Shown in pieces: positions 63,839 through 64,000 of a stretch of DNA of 64,000 nucleotides. The DNA lies in contig CM052816.1 of NCBI GenBank assembly GCA_028534125.1, forward strand, positions 99,016,001-99,080,000. Direction: 5' to 3'. A program made the translations under genes and the position numbers. Source of the DNA: Lama glama (taxonomy: Eukaryota). Position 1 is the stretch's first letter. Every line of letters starts with the position of its first letter. The notes below the pieces were generated by a model that was given only the letters and a program-made list of their open reading frames with translations, made no database searches and had not been told where the DNA came from.

Positions 63839-64000
63839 CTAAACAAAGGTTGAATATGAATCAAAACCTATTAAAATAAAATGTGCTCCTTGTTACACTG
63901 AGAAAGAGCTCAGGGACTCTAGATCTGCCTGCCCCTGTGAATTTACATCTGGCAGGTTTTAGGGGAGCCATACTACTTTGGGAGAGGGCCATAAACATCT

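Noticed and set aside
1..64000. CRISPR arrays, operons, intact transposase/RT ORFs or non-retroviral endogenous viral elements
   Set aside because: Mammalian intronic/intergenic DNA; no regularly spaced repeats and no long ORF with recognisable enzymatic or viral motifs.

Overview
Mammalian genomic DNA, most consistent with a camelid: two tRNA-derived SINEs match the Vic-1 type and the short L1 3' ends are of cetartiodactyl style. The window is mostly non-coding and I recognise no known protein-coding gene. The long six-frame ORFs are explained by GC-rich, low-complexity or repeat sequence. Interspersed repeats include L1, L2, MIR, MaLR (MLT1) LTRs, two ERV1-type solo LTRs and hAT MITEs; subfamily names come from recalled consensus similarity, not from a search. 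The left ~32 kb is visibly GC/CpG-rich and the right half more AT- and L1-rich. The most structured region is ~22.7-35 kb. It has a CpG-island promoter with a tandemly duplicated NRF1-like motif, a solo LTR carrying CTCF, RFX, CRE-like and MYB motifs, and four CTCF motifs in alternating orientation. Splice-signal-flanked candidate exons run away from it on both strands, suggesting a divergent, possibly germline/ciliary, lncRNA or small-ORF locus. Candidate terminal exons of genes extending beyond the window lie near 1.4 kb (+) and 63.8 kb (-). All gene models are low-confidence hypotheses from splice motifs only. I found no evidence for an exotic new biological system.
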